A stretch of DNA of 64,000 nucleotides from Callorhinchus milii (taxonomy: Eukaryota). Under the pieces are notes generated by a model. It was not told where the DNA came from, ran no database searches, and saw only the letters and a list, made by a program, of their open reading frames with translations. The stretch covers positions 75,270,001-75,334,000 of the forward strand of contig NW_024704743.1 in the NCBI RefSeq assembly GCF_018977255.1, given 5' to 3'. The translations under genes were made by a program, and so were the position numbers. Positions 40,850 to 53,423 of the stretch are shown here, piece by piece (positions within the stretch are counted from its first letter, which is position 1; each line of letters begins with the position of its first letter).

Positions 40850-42385
40850 TCTCCCCCACATCCAGTCCCTCACCAGCACCACTTTCTTCCACCTCCGATA
40901 CATCGCCTATCTCCACCAATACCTCTCTCCGAAAGCTGCTGAAACCCTGGTCTGTGTCTTTGTCACCTCTCGGCTGGACTATTCTAACGCCCTCCTCACC
41001 GGTCTCCCCTCCACTACCATTCATAAAATCCAGATCATTCAAAACTCTGCCGCCCACATTCTCACCCGCACCAAACTCCACTCCCCGATTGCTCCAGTCC
41101 TTGCCAGACTGCACTGGCTGCCGGTCCCAGAGAGGATCGATTTCAAGATCCTCACCCTTGATTGGGTCGCGTCAGCGCCTCCGCACCTCAGGCGCTGACA
41201 GCATCAGCATCCAAGGCTGCACTCTCCACCTCTCAAAGCCAGTCAGGAACCTCGGCGTTCTGTTCGACCCTGAGCTGTCCTTTCTCCCCCATATCCGCGC
41301 CACAACTGGCACCGCCTTCCATCACCTCCGGAATGTCGCCAGACTACGGCACTACCTCACCCCTCACGCTGCTGAAACCCTGGTCCATGTCTTTATCACC
41401 TCAAGGCTGGACTATGGGAACTCTCTCCTCGCCGGCCTTCCCGGCACCTCCCTCCACAAGCTGCAGGTCATTCAGAACTCTGCAGCTCGTGTACTGTCCC
41501 GCACCAGGCTTCGGGACCACGTCACTCCCACCCTCGCTCGCCTCCACTGGCTCCCCATCCCCCAGAGGATCGAATTCAAGATCCTCATTCTCACCTACAA
41601 GGCCATTCACGGCCTCGCTCCCTCCTACCTCTCCAACCTACTATCCCCCTACCTACCTGCCCGTACCCTCCGTTCCTCTGGCTCCGGTCTGCTCCACATC
41701 CCCCGCCCTAACCGCCCTACCATCGGTGGCCGGGACTTCAGCCTCTCAGCCCCCAGGCTCTGGAACTCTATCCCCCAGTTTCCTCCCATTCCTCCTTCAA
41801 GGCCGGTCTCAAGACCTTTCTCTTTGACCGTGCCTTCAGCTCCCCTCTCGACTCTCTACCCCCTCCTCGCTCCCTCCCTTCCCTCCCCTCACCCTGACCA
41901 TTTCCCCCCTCCTCGCTCCCTCCCTTCCCTCCCCTCACCCTGACCATTTCCCCCTTGCTCGGGTCCTGACCCAACTGTACAGCGCCTTGGGACGTCCTCC
42001 CGATGTGAAAGGCGCTCTATAAATGGAATCTTGTTGTTGTTGTTGTATTCAAGTCCCTGGACTCCTCTGCACCCCCCTACCTCTCTGACCTCCTCTCACC
42101 TCAAAACAGTACCCGTTGCCTTTGTTCCTTCGGGTCTGGCCTCCTCCTCGTCCCCCTTTCAGCCACTACGCCCCGAGGCTCTGGAACTCCCTTCCTCACT
42201 CCATTCGCCTCACACTCTCTCTTCCTATTTTCAGGTCTCTGGTGAAGACCTTTCGTTTCGACCACGCCTTTGGTCACCTTCCTCCCCCTCCCCGGCTCGA
42301 TCCCGGGATCCATTACTGTAAAGCGCTCTGAGACACCGTCCGGCGTGGAGGGTGCTATATGAATCCAAGTTGTTGTTGTTGTTGT
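40850..42385 (+). mobile_element. Nested L2 LINEs: younger copy 41161-42046 inside an older copy
   Basis: About 200 open codons of L2 ORF2 C-terminus; the host sequence aagatcctcacccttg|tattcaagtcc rejoins across the insert. Confidence 0.9.
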
Positions 42386-45300
42386 AACGCTTTTCATGTC
42401 TTCTAGATGTCTCCACAGTAGGAAAGGATTCCATCCGTCAAGTAGTATCAAATCTTATTGCAGACCCAGCAGATAGTTTCTATTCATATCAAGTGTTTAT
42501 AGTGCATTTTCCATGGTAAGGTTTTTCTTATAACTCAAACAATAATTGAATGAGCATTATTTTTGCCAATTGAAGAATGAGCATATTTGTATAGAATTGC
42601 ATTTTTTGAAACAGTGACGGAAAGTGGAGCAGCATAGCTTTAAAATATTTGGTCAATAGAAATGTTGAAATTGATTTCATGGCTTGAAATTATTGGTTAA
42701 AATAACCAGGTAAGGATTCTAAAAAGGTTTTTTGTTTAATGCTACTGGAGCAGTCTCTAACGATTGCCAAGGAAAGGTCTGCTGATAAAAAGTGAGGTGA
42801 GAGAAACTGACACACTATTGTTTTCTCTACTTGAAACCCCAAAAGGATTTTGTTTCAGCAACATTCTTCCAGTGTTGGAGGCACTGCCGATTAAGATTGA
42901 TTAAACAACTTAAAAACAAGCTCCAGCTTGAATTAAACGTGGAGACGAGCGACCTTCATGTTGCTGTGTGCCAAAAGCCCATTGTCTGGCAGCCAAGCGC
43001 TCTCTGAACATTCTTTCTATTTCACACTGACTGATTGACAGTGTTTGCATTACCTTCCAGTTACCGTGTTGTAAACTAGGTTTGAAGTGGTGCTGCTGTT
43101 TAGAGGTGATGAACTGCTCAGTTCCTCTTGGCTTGCCATACAGTGACCTTTCTTCGACTTGGAGGGCTGGTTGTGCTAAATGATATCACTCCCAAGTTCA
43201 GGCAGAGCGCCGATGTTGATAGATATGTAGGTATCTCATCACTGTAGATTGACATTGCATTTAGTGTACTTTCCTTGACCTGCTGGAATTTTTTTTAATG
43301 AGATTGGGGGGAAATGACCAAATATATGAAATAGCGTTCTTGGTAATTTACAGCAAAAAATACTTTAATTTGCTTCTTGAAAGAAAGCTGCATAATAATT
43401 TTAATTATCTTTGCATTTGATATGGCACGTATAATGTTAAAATCTTCTACAGTCATTACTGTTATGTATAGTGACTGTGCACACAAGGTAGGTGAAGTCA
43501 GCAGCAAATTTATGCATAGCAATGTTCTGCAAATCATCAGGAGGTGAATGATCAATTCAAATGGATAATTACTGGCAAGGGCATTGGGAGAAATCCTCTT
43601 CTCTTTTTGAATAGTGTTATGGTTTCTCTGTTGTCCATTCAAATATATCAGTTAGTGTCCCATATGAAAAAAGATACATCCTCCAATGCACTGCTCCCTC
43701 AATAGATAGATATTTGTTAGAGCAGGGTATTAAGGGATGTGGGGCAAGGGCGGGTAACTGAACTTGAGGTACAGATCAGCCATGATCTTATAAAATGGCA
43801 GAATGGGCTTGAAGGGCTGAGTAGCCTACTCCTGTTTCTATGTAACACTGCGTTAAAGCATCTGTCAAGATCAGTGATGGCCAACCTTTTTGTCGGCCAA
43901 CCAAATAAATTTTTCTTTATTGAATTTTTCTTTATTTATGGCCGCACCATGAATATCACAGCTTGGTAGCTCCTGGAAATAAGGTATGGATTTGGCTCAG
44001 ACTTGCCTGGACTGGTGCAGGTGTTCGGCAAGCCACTTCTTGACACCCCAAAAGTGGTTCTCGGGCCACTGTACCAGTATAGTAAATGAAGAAAAATTCA
44101 ATAAAGAAAAATATTTGAGTGATATTTGCATGGAAGAGTCATACCCATTTTGATTGTTAAAAAACATTTTTTTGCTGTTACTTTATTGCCTACAAAAATA
44201 TTTGCATGTAGACACAACCAGTACAGTTTACAGCAATTTAGCATTTTGCCATTACAGGCACTATATCAAATATAAAGATTATTATTACATTTTCTATTCT
44301 GTACAAGCTTCAGTATGCAATATAGACGAGATGTACAAAGAACGCAGTCACTACACTTTATAGTATACAGTATATGTATCCTATGAAGCACTTTGGGACA
44401 CGCTGCCAACATGAAAGGCATCTATACCAAAGGTTTATTATTAATACCAAATTTACACATCTTTGATCCATCCTTGTGAGACCTTGTTTTTTGAGCTTGC
44501 CTGCAAACACAGTTATTACACATACAGGAATTTCCTATGAAGTGCTTTGAGATGTTTTAGCATTGTAGGCACTACATCAAATAAAAAAGAAAGCCCACCA
44601 CTACATTCTCACGATATCTAGAGATGGGCAGTAAATGCTGGCAAAATATCGGAATCACCCAATTCCCGAGACAGAGTTAAAAAAAACAAGGATTATTATA
44701 ATACAGTTTTTATTAGACATAATTACATAGTACAACAATTAATCTTTCTGGATTTTTAAAAAAATCAAAAAGAAAAACTTAAACTCAACTGGGTTACGTT
44801 TTGTTTTTATCTGTTGCTTGTAATTTCATTGTATATGGTGCATGTTTATGTGAATATATTTTTACTTTTGCAGGATACATCAGTCTTCTATTATCGATCA
44901 TGCATTCAGCCTCGTAGACTTCAAAGTCTGTGCTCTGTTAAAAAAAAACTCATGTAATCAGAGCTGTTTTAACATATCTGCAGGACTAATGTTAGATTTT
45001 AAAAAGTTTGGTTTTATGTGTTTTTTTATTCATAAAGGATTTCATGTTTTTCAGATAAACATTTTTAGTACAATTATGTATGCTAGTGGAACATAAGATT
45101 CAGTTTCTTTCTGTTCTGTTAACAATGTTTACAAAAGGATTCAGAAGCTCAAAAAGAATGACAAAAGAAGTGCAGCAATTTTCTAATGAAAATGCACATG
45201 TGCACTTCGCAATTGCACTAAAAATGTGCACATATGCACTTTATTGAAGTGCCTTTCAGTTTGAAATCTACCGTTTCAGATTATCAGAAAATGGTCATTG

Positions 45301-46794
45301 CATAAAATGTTACATTAAAACAAATAATTCACTGATTTCAAAATAAAGATGGTTTACTTTCTGAGAAAATTGTTGAAATTTATTGGAAAAGCTAAGCATC
45401 TGACAGTGTTGTAAATATGGTGAAAAAGACAGAATTCTTACCCCGTCTCTAAATTAACACCTGCCTTTCATCTGTAAGTGAAGGTCTCTGGGTCTAGATT
45501 TTCTCTCTTTTATTCACATTACATTTACAAAGCATCCAGAATTTGGCAAATTCTTAAAATGCAGCCTTAATTTTGAAGCCAGTTTTCTTTTAAGAACTAC
45601 TGAAAAACAGCTTCAAAAGTCTTTTAAGAACTACTGAAAAACAGCTTCAAAATTAAGTCTAAATTCAAAATTTTTCCAAATTGTCACATCTGCCAGGTAG
45701 ATATTAAAGATCCCATGATACTACTCAAAAAAAAGTTTCTTCCAGTGTCCTGGCCAACAATCCCCCAAATAAAATTGACCTCATTTCACTTCATGTAGGA
45801 TATAGCGGTGGGCCAATTGACTGCTGCATTCGCCTACAAAATAAATAGTCACTACACTCTACAGAAATAAACATCAAAGGCATTGTCTATAAGTTAATTT
45901 GGCATCTTGTACTGATACAGTCTTGAGAATATGTTGGTGAATCATTGAACAATTTTTATTGTGGGTAATATGGGAAATGGGGAATTCCAATCACCTAATG
46001 TAATGCTTTCAACTGCCAGCACATTGGCATGTTGATGTGATGTTTATCTGTAAGTTGTCATGCCTAACTGCAGTGTTTACATGTTTCAGGAACTGACTTA
46101 GGGTAAGTTAGAGAAGCGTGATATGGGTCCTTGCCATACCATATCAGCTTCATAATTTTTTCCCCTTTTATTTTCTTGCCAGGATAATATTTTGTTTATA
46201 ATGGAATGTGACAAATTATGATTATTGATCAGAAGATATTGATTAATAATTTTGCACATGTGGAAGTTGATATTTATAAAAGGCATTTTAAGTCCATCGA
46301 AAATGGCTATTTTTAATAACCTTGCAGACAATATCCTTACTTGGTCCTCATTGCTTGGGTGTTTGGAATTTGGAACAGAGCAACTAACACCCAAATACAT
46401 TACAAAACAAGAGGCTGGTAATGGGACTTCACTCTATGGGTTGTAATCCAAAGCACCAATAACAATATGGACACAACTTGCTCATGAGCAAACTGCTCAT
46501 TAGTTTGCCTACCCCTGTCCCCAGGGAAAAACAAGTTGATTTAATATCCCATCTCTGGAGACAGGACATGAACCCACTTCAGTGTCTCCACAACATTGCC
46601 TCATTTAAACCTCTGTGTTGCTGCCAGGGAGGGGCAGCAGTGTAATAGAATGACGCATTCATTTTCTCATGCTCAGTTGAAGGTAGATTAGAACATATAG
46701 TACTGACTGTTTTCAGTGTAATTGAGTTTGGAATGGCAAATTGCCAATGTTACCAGGAGTAATGAATGTTACTGACTGATGATGTGATAAATTT

Positions 46795-47076
46795 TAGAGC
46801 ACTCGCTTTGCAAGCGAGAGACCTGAGTTCAATTCTAGGCAGGGCGAAACCTTGGGCAAGTTTCCTTACTCCACACGCCTAATAATAATCCCTCCAAAAT
46901 CAAAAAAACAATAATAAATTGGTCATTTTCAATCTACGACTGTTTGTGGGACATTGCTGTGCGCAATTGGCTGCCGCGTTCGCCCACAAATATGCAGTCA
47001 ATTCACTTTACAGTGTGTTCTGTGAAGCGCTTTGGGACGTCCTCCCGACGTGAAAAGCGCTATATCAAATGCAAGG

Positions 47077-47110
<34 letters not shown>
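46795..47110 (+). mobile_element. tRNA-derived SINE, short subfamily, long (TTA)n tail
   Basis: Near-identical to copies at 1865 and 59711. Confidence 0.9.
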
Positions 47111-47112
<2 letters not shown>

Positions 47113-47330
47113 AAGCAGAGAAAGGAATACGTTGCACTAAACAACAGTTTAACCTGAACTTGCTGCATTCTCTGCATTTTGACGAAGTCAACTTGACCTG
47201 AAACTGACTGCATAAATAATTATGATCCAATATAATGGATAATACATGATAGGAATCCATTGGGTATGACAGTTATCAAATAAGTGGACCATATTAATGT
47301 ATGTGCGACAAAGCACATGAGTGTTATGTT

Positions 47331-47465
47331 GTGACGATAGGTCATCGGCCTGAAATGTTAACTCATTTTCCTCTCTCCATGGATGCTGCCTGGCCTGCTG
47401 CATGATTCCAGCGACTTCTGTTTTTATTTCAGATTTTCAGCAACTGCAGTATTTTGGCTTTTGGG
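47331..47465 (+). mobile_element. Penelope-like terminal repeat fragment
   Basis: tgacgataggtcatcggcctgaaatgttaac...gatgctgcctggcctgctg...ttccagc resembles an abundant shark repeat (from recall); weaker copy at about 53080-53145. Confidence 0.55.
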
Positions 47466-48064
47466 TGTTTCAGTGATCCATCTTTGTTTTCAGTGAGATT
47501 TTCCGTTTGTAAAAACAAAGTTTTCATTAAAAATTAAATAAAAATGAGATAGACTTAAAGTGCATTAAGTAATGTTAAGTGAAGATGTGAATTAGATCCA
47601 AAATGATTAAAACGGTTATTGCCATAAAGTTTTAAATATTTGATAACCTATTCCTCATGACAGCTATCACAAGGAATGCATTACAGAACTTCATAAACGT
47701 GATCCTTAATATCGTTGCTGTTAACTAACTCCAAATCATCCCTGGTCTGATTTAAAAATATTTTTCTGGGCTAAAAATATTTTTGAGTGCCAAAGATCAG
47801 GAAATTGACTGCATAAAGTTTTCTGTAGTCTACCGGGATGATAGCAGAAATTTTAGGGGGAGGAAATTTAAAGACGGTAGCAGAGCATTCTTGGGGAGGA
47901 GTATGGCACAGAAGCTGGATCAGGTTATGCGACAATAATAAAGATTAAGTTTTGATGTTCAAAATGCATTCCTTGTGATACTTATGGAATATCACAAACT
48001 TCCCCCCATTGTTTCTGTGCTGTTTGTCATAGCTGTAGCATCAGTGGCTTTTTTACTAACTAAT

Positions 48065-48425
48065 TTGTAGCGTATTAGTCAGAGCATTTGCCTCGAAAGC
48101 AAGAGGACCTGGGTAGGATGAAACATAAGACTGATTTTCTTACTTCACACACCTCTGTTCACCAAGCATGAAGTAGGAACCCGGTCATGATGGCAGATCA
48201 CTTTTCCGGGGGTAATACTACCTCCAAAAAATAAATAAAATATAAAAATAATTTGGTTACTCAATTCACGAACACTGGTGGGACATTGCTGTGCGCAATT
48301 GGCTGCCGCATTTCACCCACAAAACATAGTCAATTCACTTTACAGTATATTCTGTGAAGTTCTTTGAAACGTCTTGAAGATTTTGTCAGGTGCTACATTA
48401 AATGCATGAATTAGTATTACTATTA
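48065..48425 (+). mobile_element. Older tRNA-derived SINE, long subfamily
   Basis: Degenerate head, body and tail. Confidence 0.78.
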
Positions 48426-51269
48426 ATAGCAGTAAATACAGGCTTTTTTCTTGAAGCAAGTAGTTCTGACAATCACATAATCAAGATGTTTGAAACCGTC
48501 TTAAGTTTAAAACTGAAGAGATATTTTTTGTGACTATAAAAGTCAATTACCTACCAATGGATTAATAATTTAATTCCATACAGTTTTCCATTGATATTGC
48601 TGTCCAGCAAGCTGTCCCACTGCTTGTCCAGCTAGGAGCACCCTACGCATTAGGGCTTTGGCTTGCAGGATTAACAAGAGTTGAGTGGGATGATTCCCTG
48701 CCCCCAGTGACTGGTCTACCCTTCCAGGTCCTGCCAATGAGCCAGGCTGGCTCTGCTGTCATGAACAGTGCTCTGGAATACTATGGACCTGCCTGGCTCA
48801 GGAACCGTCAACCAAGACCACTGTGGAGGGCTGGTTCAATTACCTTGGAGCCAGTTCAGTTTCGAGGAGACTCCACTTAACTCCCACCCCCGCCCCCCCC
48901 AGGAGGATAGTCACTAGTTGGTCGTTCAACATTCGACAAGTGCAGGTTTGAGCCTCACTAGGTAGATGGTAGATACAAAGAACTCCCTGTGAGCTTCCCG
49001 GTGGGCAACGCATCTCAGCATGAAATGCATGAGAGCATTGCCACCATCTTCCTGTCTGCAAGTCAGGCACACATCCCTTCCTATTGAGCGATGGAGGTGT
49101 GGAGTTTAAGCAGCAGCTGCTTGCCTTTCTGCAGGCTAATTAAGGTGGATTGCAGGCGCTGGACATACGATTGTGTGTTCACGAACCATTCACTACATGG
49201 TTGCTTGTTGGACCTTGCTATGTGCAAATTAGTGACCACTTCTGTCTACAACTATACAACTATTACACTTTGATAGCAATTACCTATAAAGTGCTTTGAG
49301 ATGGTTGAATGTTATAGATTCTATCTGAAATGCAAAGGTAACTATCGCTACTTGGATTCTTATTTTTAATTAACATAACATTTTAATTTTGCTTATCTTG
49401 AAAACATTTTTTGGGAGAGGTTTAGAATTCTTTGTTTTTATATTTTGTTTGAAAGTATGGCCTTCTATTTATTGAACATGTTATTCCCTATAACACATTT
49501 GAAGCTGGTCAGGGTTTGATGGCTATTCCCAGATTTACTCTACATGTATAAACGGAAGAACAAAGTAAACATGATGTCTGTTTTGACTGGTTTTAGGTGA
49601 TCTATCATTACTGCAAAGGTTGGTACTGATGTGGAAATAAATGAAGAAAGGGTCAAGTTTCGTTAACGCATTCATATTTAGAAATGGCTAAAACTCCTCT
49701 TAAGGAGTTAGAGATTGGATTACATAGGGGAATGCTTTTGTTCCAAGTTAGACATACAATCGCTTCTTGTTTCCTGATATAAAGAGCAAAAGAACAAAAG
49801 TAAAATGCGGTAAGAGATTATTGTCATTACTGAATTAGTTAGTAATAGCATAACATTTATATACAAAGCAGAACTGTGGAAATTCTTAAATTCAGGCCTA
49901 ATTTAGAAGCCATCTTTTCTCAGTTTTTGAAAAAAANCAGGTTCCTAATTAAGATGCAGCATTTAAGGTTTATTTTGAAATATTGACTCCAATTGGGTTT
50001 AAGATCCCACCAGAAATCAGGGACCTGGCACTAAAGGTAGAACAGTTCAATAAAAAGTTTGGAAGCCAGTTCTTTTTAAGAACAATGGAAACTAGTTTCC
50101 AAATTAAGACTGCGTTTAAGAATTTTCCACAATTTTATCTGACCTTAAATTTTAAGATCAAATTATGTTACAGACTGAAACTATGTGAAATTCCAGGCCC
50201 CATGTCTGTGATTACATTGAAAATCAACATCATAATGTATAATGATGGATTTTTCGAGCATTCCAATGAAATACAAGTCTTCTTTGTTTTGTTTTACCAA
50301 CAGGAGAGATGTATTGACAGAAATCGTGTTGAAATGCACTATTGTAGCAATTGAATATGATGTGATCCCAATGAACATGAGACCCTGACCAGTAAATTAG
50401 ACTGAACATTTTCCAGCAATAATAAAAAACATAATAAGAAACTTCATTGACAATTTAGCCATTCATTTTTACACCCGTTGCAAGAACTTTTAATTTTATT
50501 AACTGCTTTTGAGGACAAGATCATAAAATTGGCCAGGATTAGAGATATAATCTGAGGATCCTGTATGATGATTGTCCTCCCAAAATCCCAGAGTTTATAG
50601 AAGAGAATCCCAGGATTTTGATATTGTATTGAAAATGATAAACCATTGTAGCAAACTCCGCAGAGTTTTGGGATGTAGTGGTTGTAAGCACGATCACTGA
50701 TGGTAGAGCGGAGGGGATCTGGGACATATAGAAGCAGAAACCAGCTGAGCGAAGGAGTGGGTAGAGGAGTGGGGTATAACAAGATCGGAGAGGTAGGGTG
50801 GTGCTGGCACATGAATTAATTAGTAATTAAATGTAAGGATCTTGAAATTGATCCATTATTCAATAGTGAGCTAGTGGAGCTTGGCAAAGACCTGGGGTGA
50901 CGAGGGTGCCACTAGCAATAGAAGCTTCCACTCTCTTTCTGGTGGGACACAACCTACTTACCTTATTTCAAAGAGTATTAGGCAAAGGCAGAGACAGAGT
51001 CTATTGGGCATTTCAAGAGGTTAGACGAGTGTAGAAATATGGCAGGGCAGTGGAATTGAAAGAACAGCTTGCTCTGAGATCTGCTGCAGACTCAATGAGC
51101 TGAATAGCTTCCTTCTGCACAGTAAATTTCTAGGATTCTACATTGGGAAGACCAAAGGCTTGTGGATCCTTGCTAACACCATGTAGCTTGCCTTTGAGAA
51201 TACTATCTGGTGATTCCTAACCAGAAATTTGGTTTCCAAGGTTAAAGGAACAATCCCTGCTTCCTGCGA

Positions 51270-52322
51270 CTGGACTGGGCTCTCCTCCTCACCCTCTACA
51301 TACTCCCCCTTGGTGACATCATCCGCAGACATGGGGGAAATTTCCACATGTACGCGGATGACTCTATCTCTCTACCTCCACCCTCAACTCCAGGACTACT
51401 GGCGTCCTGACTGACTGCCTGTCCGACATCAAGTCCTGGACGAGGGACAACTTTCTCCAGCTGAATGTCAGGAAGACCGAGGTCCTCCTGATTGGCTCAC
51501 GCCAGCACCTCCGCACCTCAGGCACTGGCAGCATCAGCCTCCACGGCTGTACACTCAACCTCACTAAGCCAGTCAGGAACCTGGGTGTCTTGTTTGACCC
51601 TGAACTGTCCTTTCTCCCCTACATCCGCTCCATGACCGGCACTGCCTATCACCACCTCCGCAACATTGCCAGACTCCGCCACTGCCTCACCCCTCAGGCT
51701 GCCGAAACCCTCACCCAGGCATTCGTCACATGCATGGGTGAGGGGAGTTTCGGCTATGGAAATTCCCTCATCATTGGCCTTCCCAACTCTTCCCTTCACA
51801 AGCTGCAGATCATCCAAAACTCTGCAGCTCGTGTACTCTTAAGCACCAGGCTCCGTGACCCCATCACTCCCACCACTGGCTCCCCATCACCCAGAGGATC
51901 GAGTTCAAGATCCTTGTCCTCACTTTCAAGGCCATCCATGGCCTTGCCCCCTCCTACCTCTCTGACCTGCTGACTCCCTACCAACCTGGCCTCTCCCTCC
52001 GTTCAGCGGGCTCTGGCCTGCTCCATGTTCTCCTGCCCGACCCGCCCTACCATCGGTGGCCGAGCTTTCAGGCTCTCTGCCCCCACACTCTGGAACTCCA
52101 TCCCACAGTCCCTTCGCCTCACTTCCTCCTTTGCCTCCTTCAAGGCTGGTCTCAAGACCCTCCTTTTCGATCGTGCCTTCAGTCGCCACCTCTCTGCCTT
52201 CCCTCACCCCTACCCCACCCCTCCCCCATGCTTGGGTCCTGATTGCTGACTGTTCAGCTCCTTGGGACGTCATCCCGACGTGAAAGGCGCTCTATAAATG
52301 TAATTTTGTTGTTGTTGTTGTT
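51270..52322 (+). mobile_element. L2 LINE 3' fragment
   Basis: FHMYADD-encoding sequence at about 51341-51362, FDPELSFLPYI, LQIIQNSAAR, (TTG)n tail. Confidence 0.9.
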
Positions 52323-52756
52323 TGCACCTCCCATTCATGCTGATGAGCCAGGCTGGCAGTGCTGACATAAGCAGTGCCCTGGAATACTGTGGATCCACCT
52401 CACTCAGGAGCTGGACTACTGAGACTGCCACAGAGGGTTCATTTGATTCTGACATTCTGTTGCAAAACCTTAAGAGACATCCCAGATCCAAGGAGACCCC
52501 ACTTACCTTCTCCCTTCCCCCAAGAAATAGTTTGGAGGTGTAAGAGACAGAGCACACTGTGGGTACATCAATTGTTGAGAACAGTGAAAAATATAACACT
52601 AAAATACAAATATTACAGACAAATTTACATTAAAGTTGCACTGTGATGCACTTTGAGACGTCTCGCAGACGTGATAAGGTGCTATATCAAATACAAGAAT
52701 TATTATAATGGTCTCTGCAAGTGCTTCAAAGATCCTATAAAAATAGATTAATGTTT

Positions 52757-53043
52757 ACAACAACAACAACAAGATTCCATTTATACAGTGTCTTTCACGT
52801 CGGGAGGACGTCCCAAGGCGCTGGACAGTTGGGTCAGGACCCGAGCAGGGGGGAAATGGTCAGGGTGAGGGGAGGGAAGGGAGGGAGCGAGGAGGGGGGA
52901 AATGGTCAGGGTGAGGGGAGGGAAGGGAGGGAGCGAGGAGGAGGGAAATGGTCAGGGTGAGGGGAGGGAAGGGAGGGAGCAAGGAGGGAGTAGAGAGTCG
53001 AGAGGGGAGCTGAAGGCACGGTCAAAGAGAAAGGTCTTGAGAA
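52757..53043 (-). mobile_element. L2 3' end with internal roughly 45-bp minisatellite
   Basis: Near-identical reverse complement of about 41807-42046. Confidence 0.88.
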
Positions 53044-53354
53044 AGGTTTAGGGTGTACCCAAACATTATTTATTTTTCAGATGCTAATCAACCTGTATTT
53101 TCTGTTTTTATTTAACTTTTCCAGCATTTGAAGTTTTTCTTTTCATTGCTGTGTTTAAGTGCTCTGTGTTTAACCCGTGTGAAGGGAGCTATATCAATGC
53201 AAGTTGTTGTAGTGAGTTTATTAAATGTTTGCCAATTTTGTTCATGAATTTTGTTCACCAGAGCCATCTATTGTTTTAGAAAATTGCATTGGTCCAGGGC
53301 CATGTAAAGAGGTTATTTTTATTTGGCTTAGATTGACTGTCCATTTAGCACATG

Positions 53355-53423
53355 TCCATTTAGTGACTGAAACATATCCATTCAGTGACTGAAACATATC
53401 CATTTAGTGACTTAAACATATCC
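53355..53423. repeat. 22-bp tandem repeat x3
   Basis: catttagtgactgaaacatatc units. Confidence 0.85.

Noticed and set aside
40954..41943. 329-aa ORF as a host gene
   Set aside because: L2 ORF2 C-terminal sequence fused by chance to flanking repeat frames.
53355..53423. CRISPR-like array
   Set aside because: Spacer-less tandem repeat in vertebrate DNA; the short duplications at about 31632 and 45588 are likewise slippage products.
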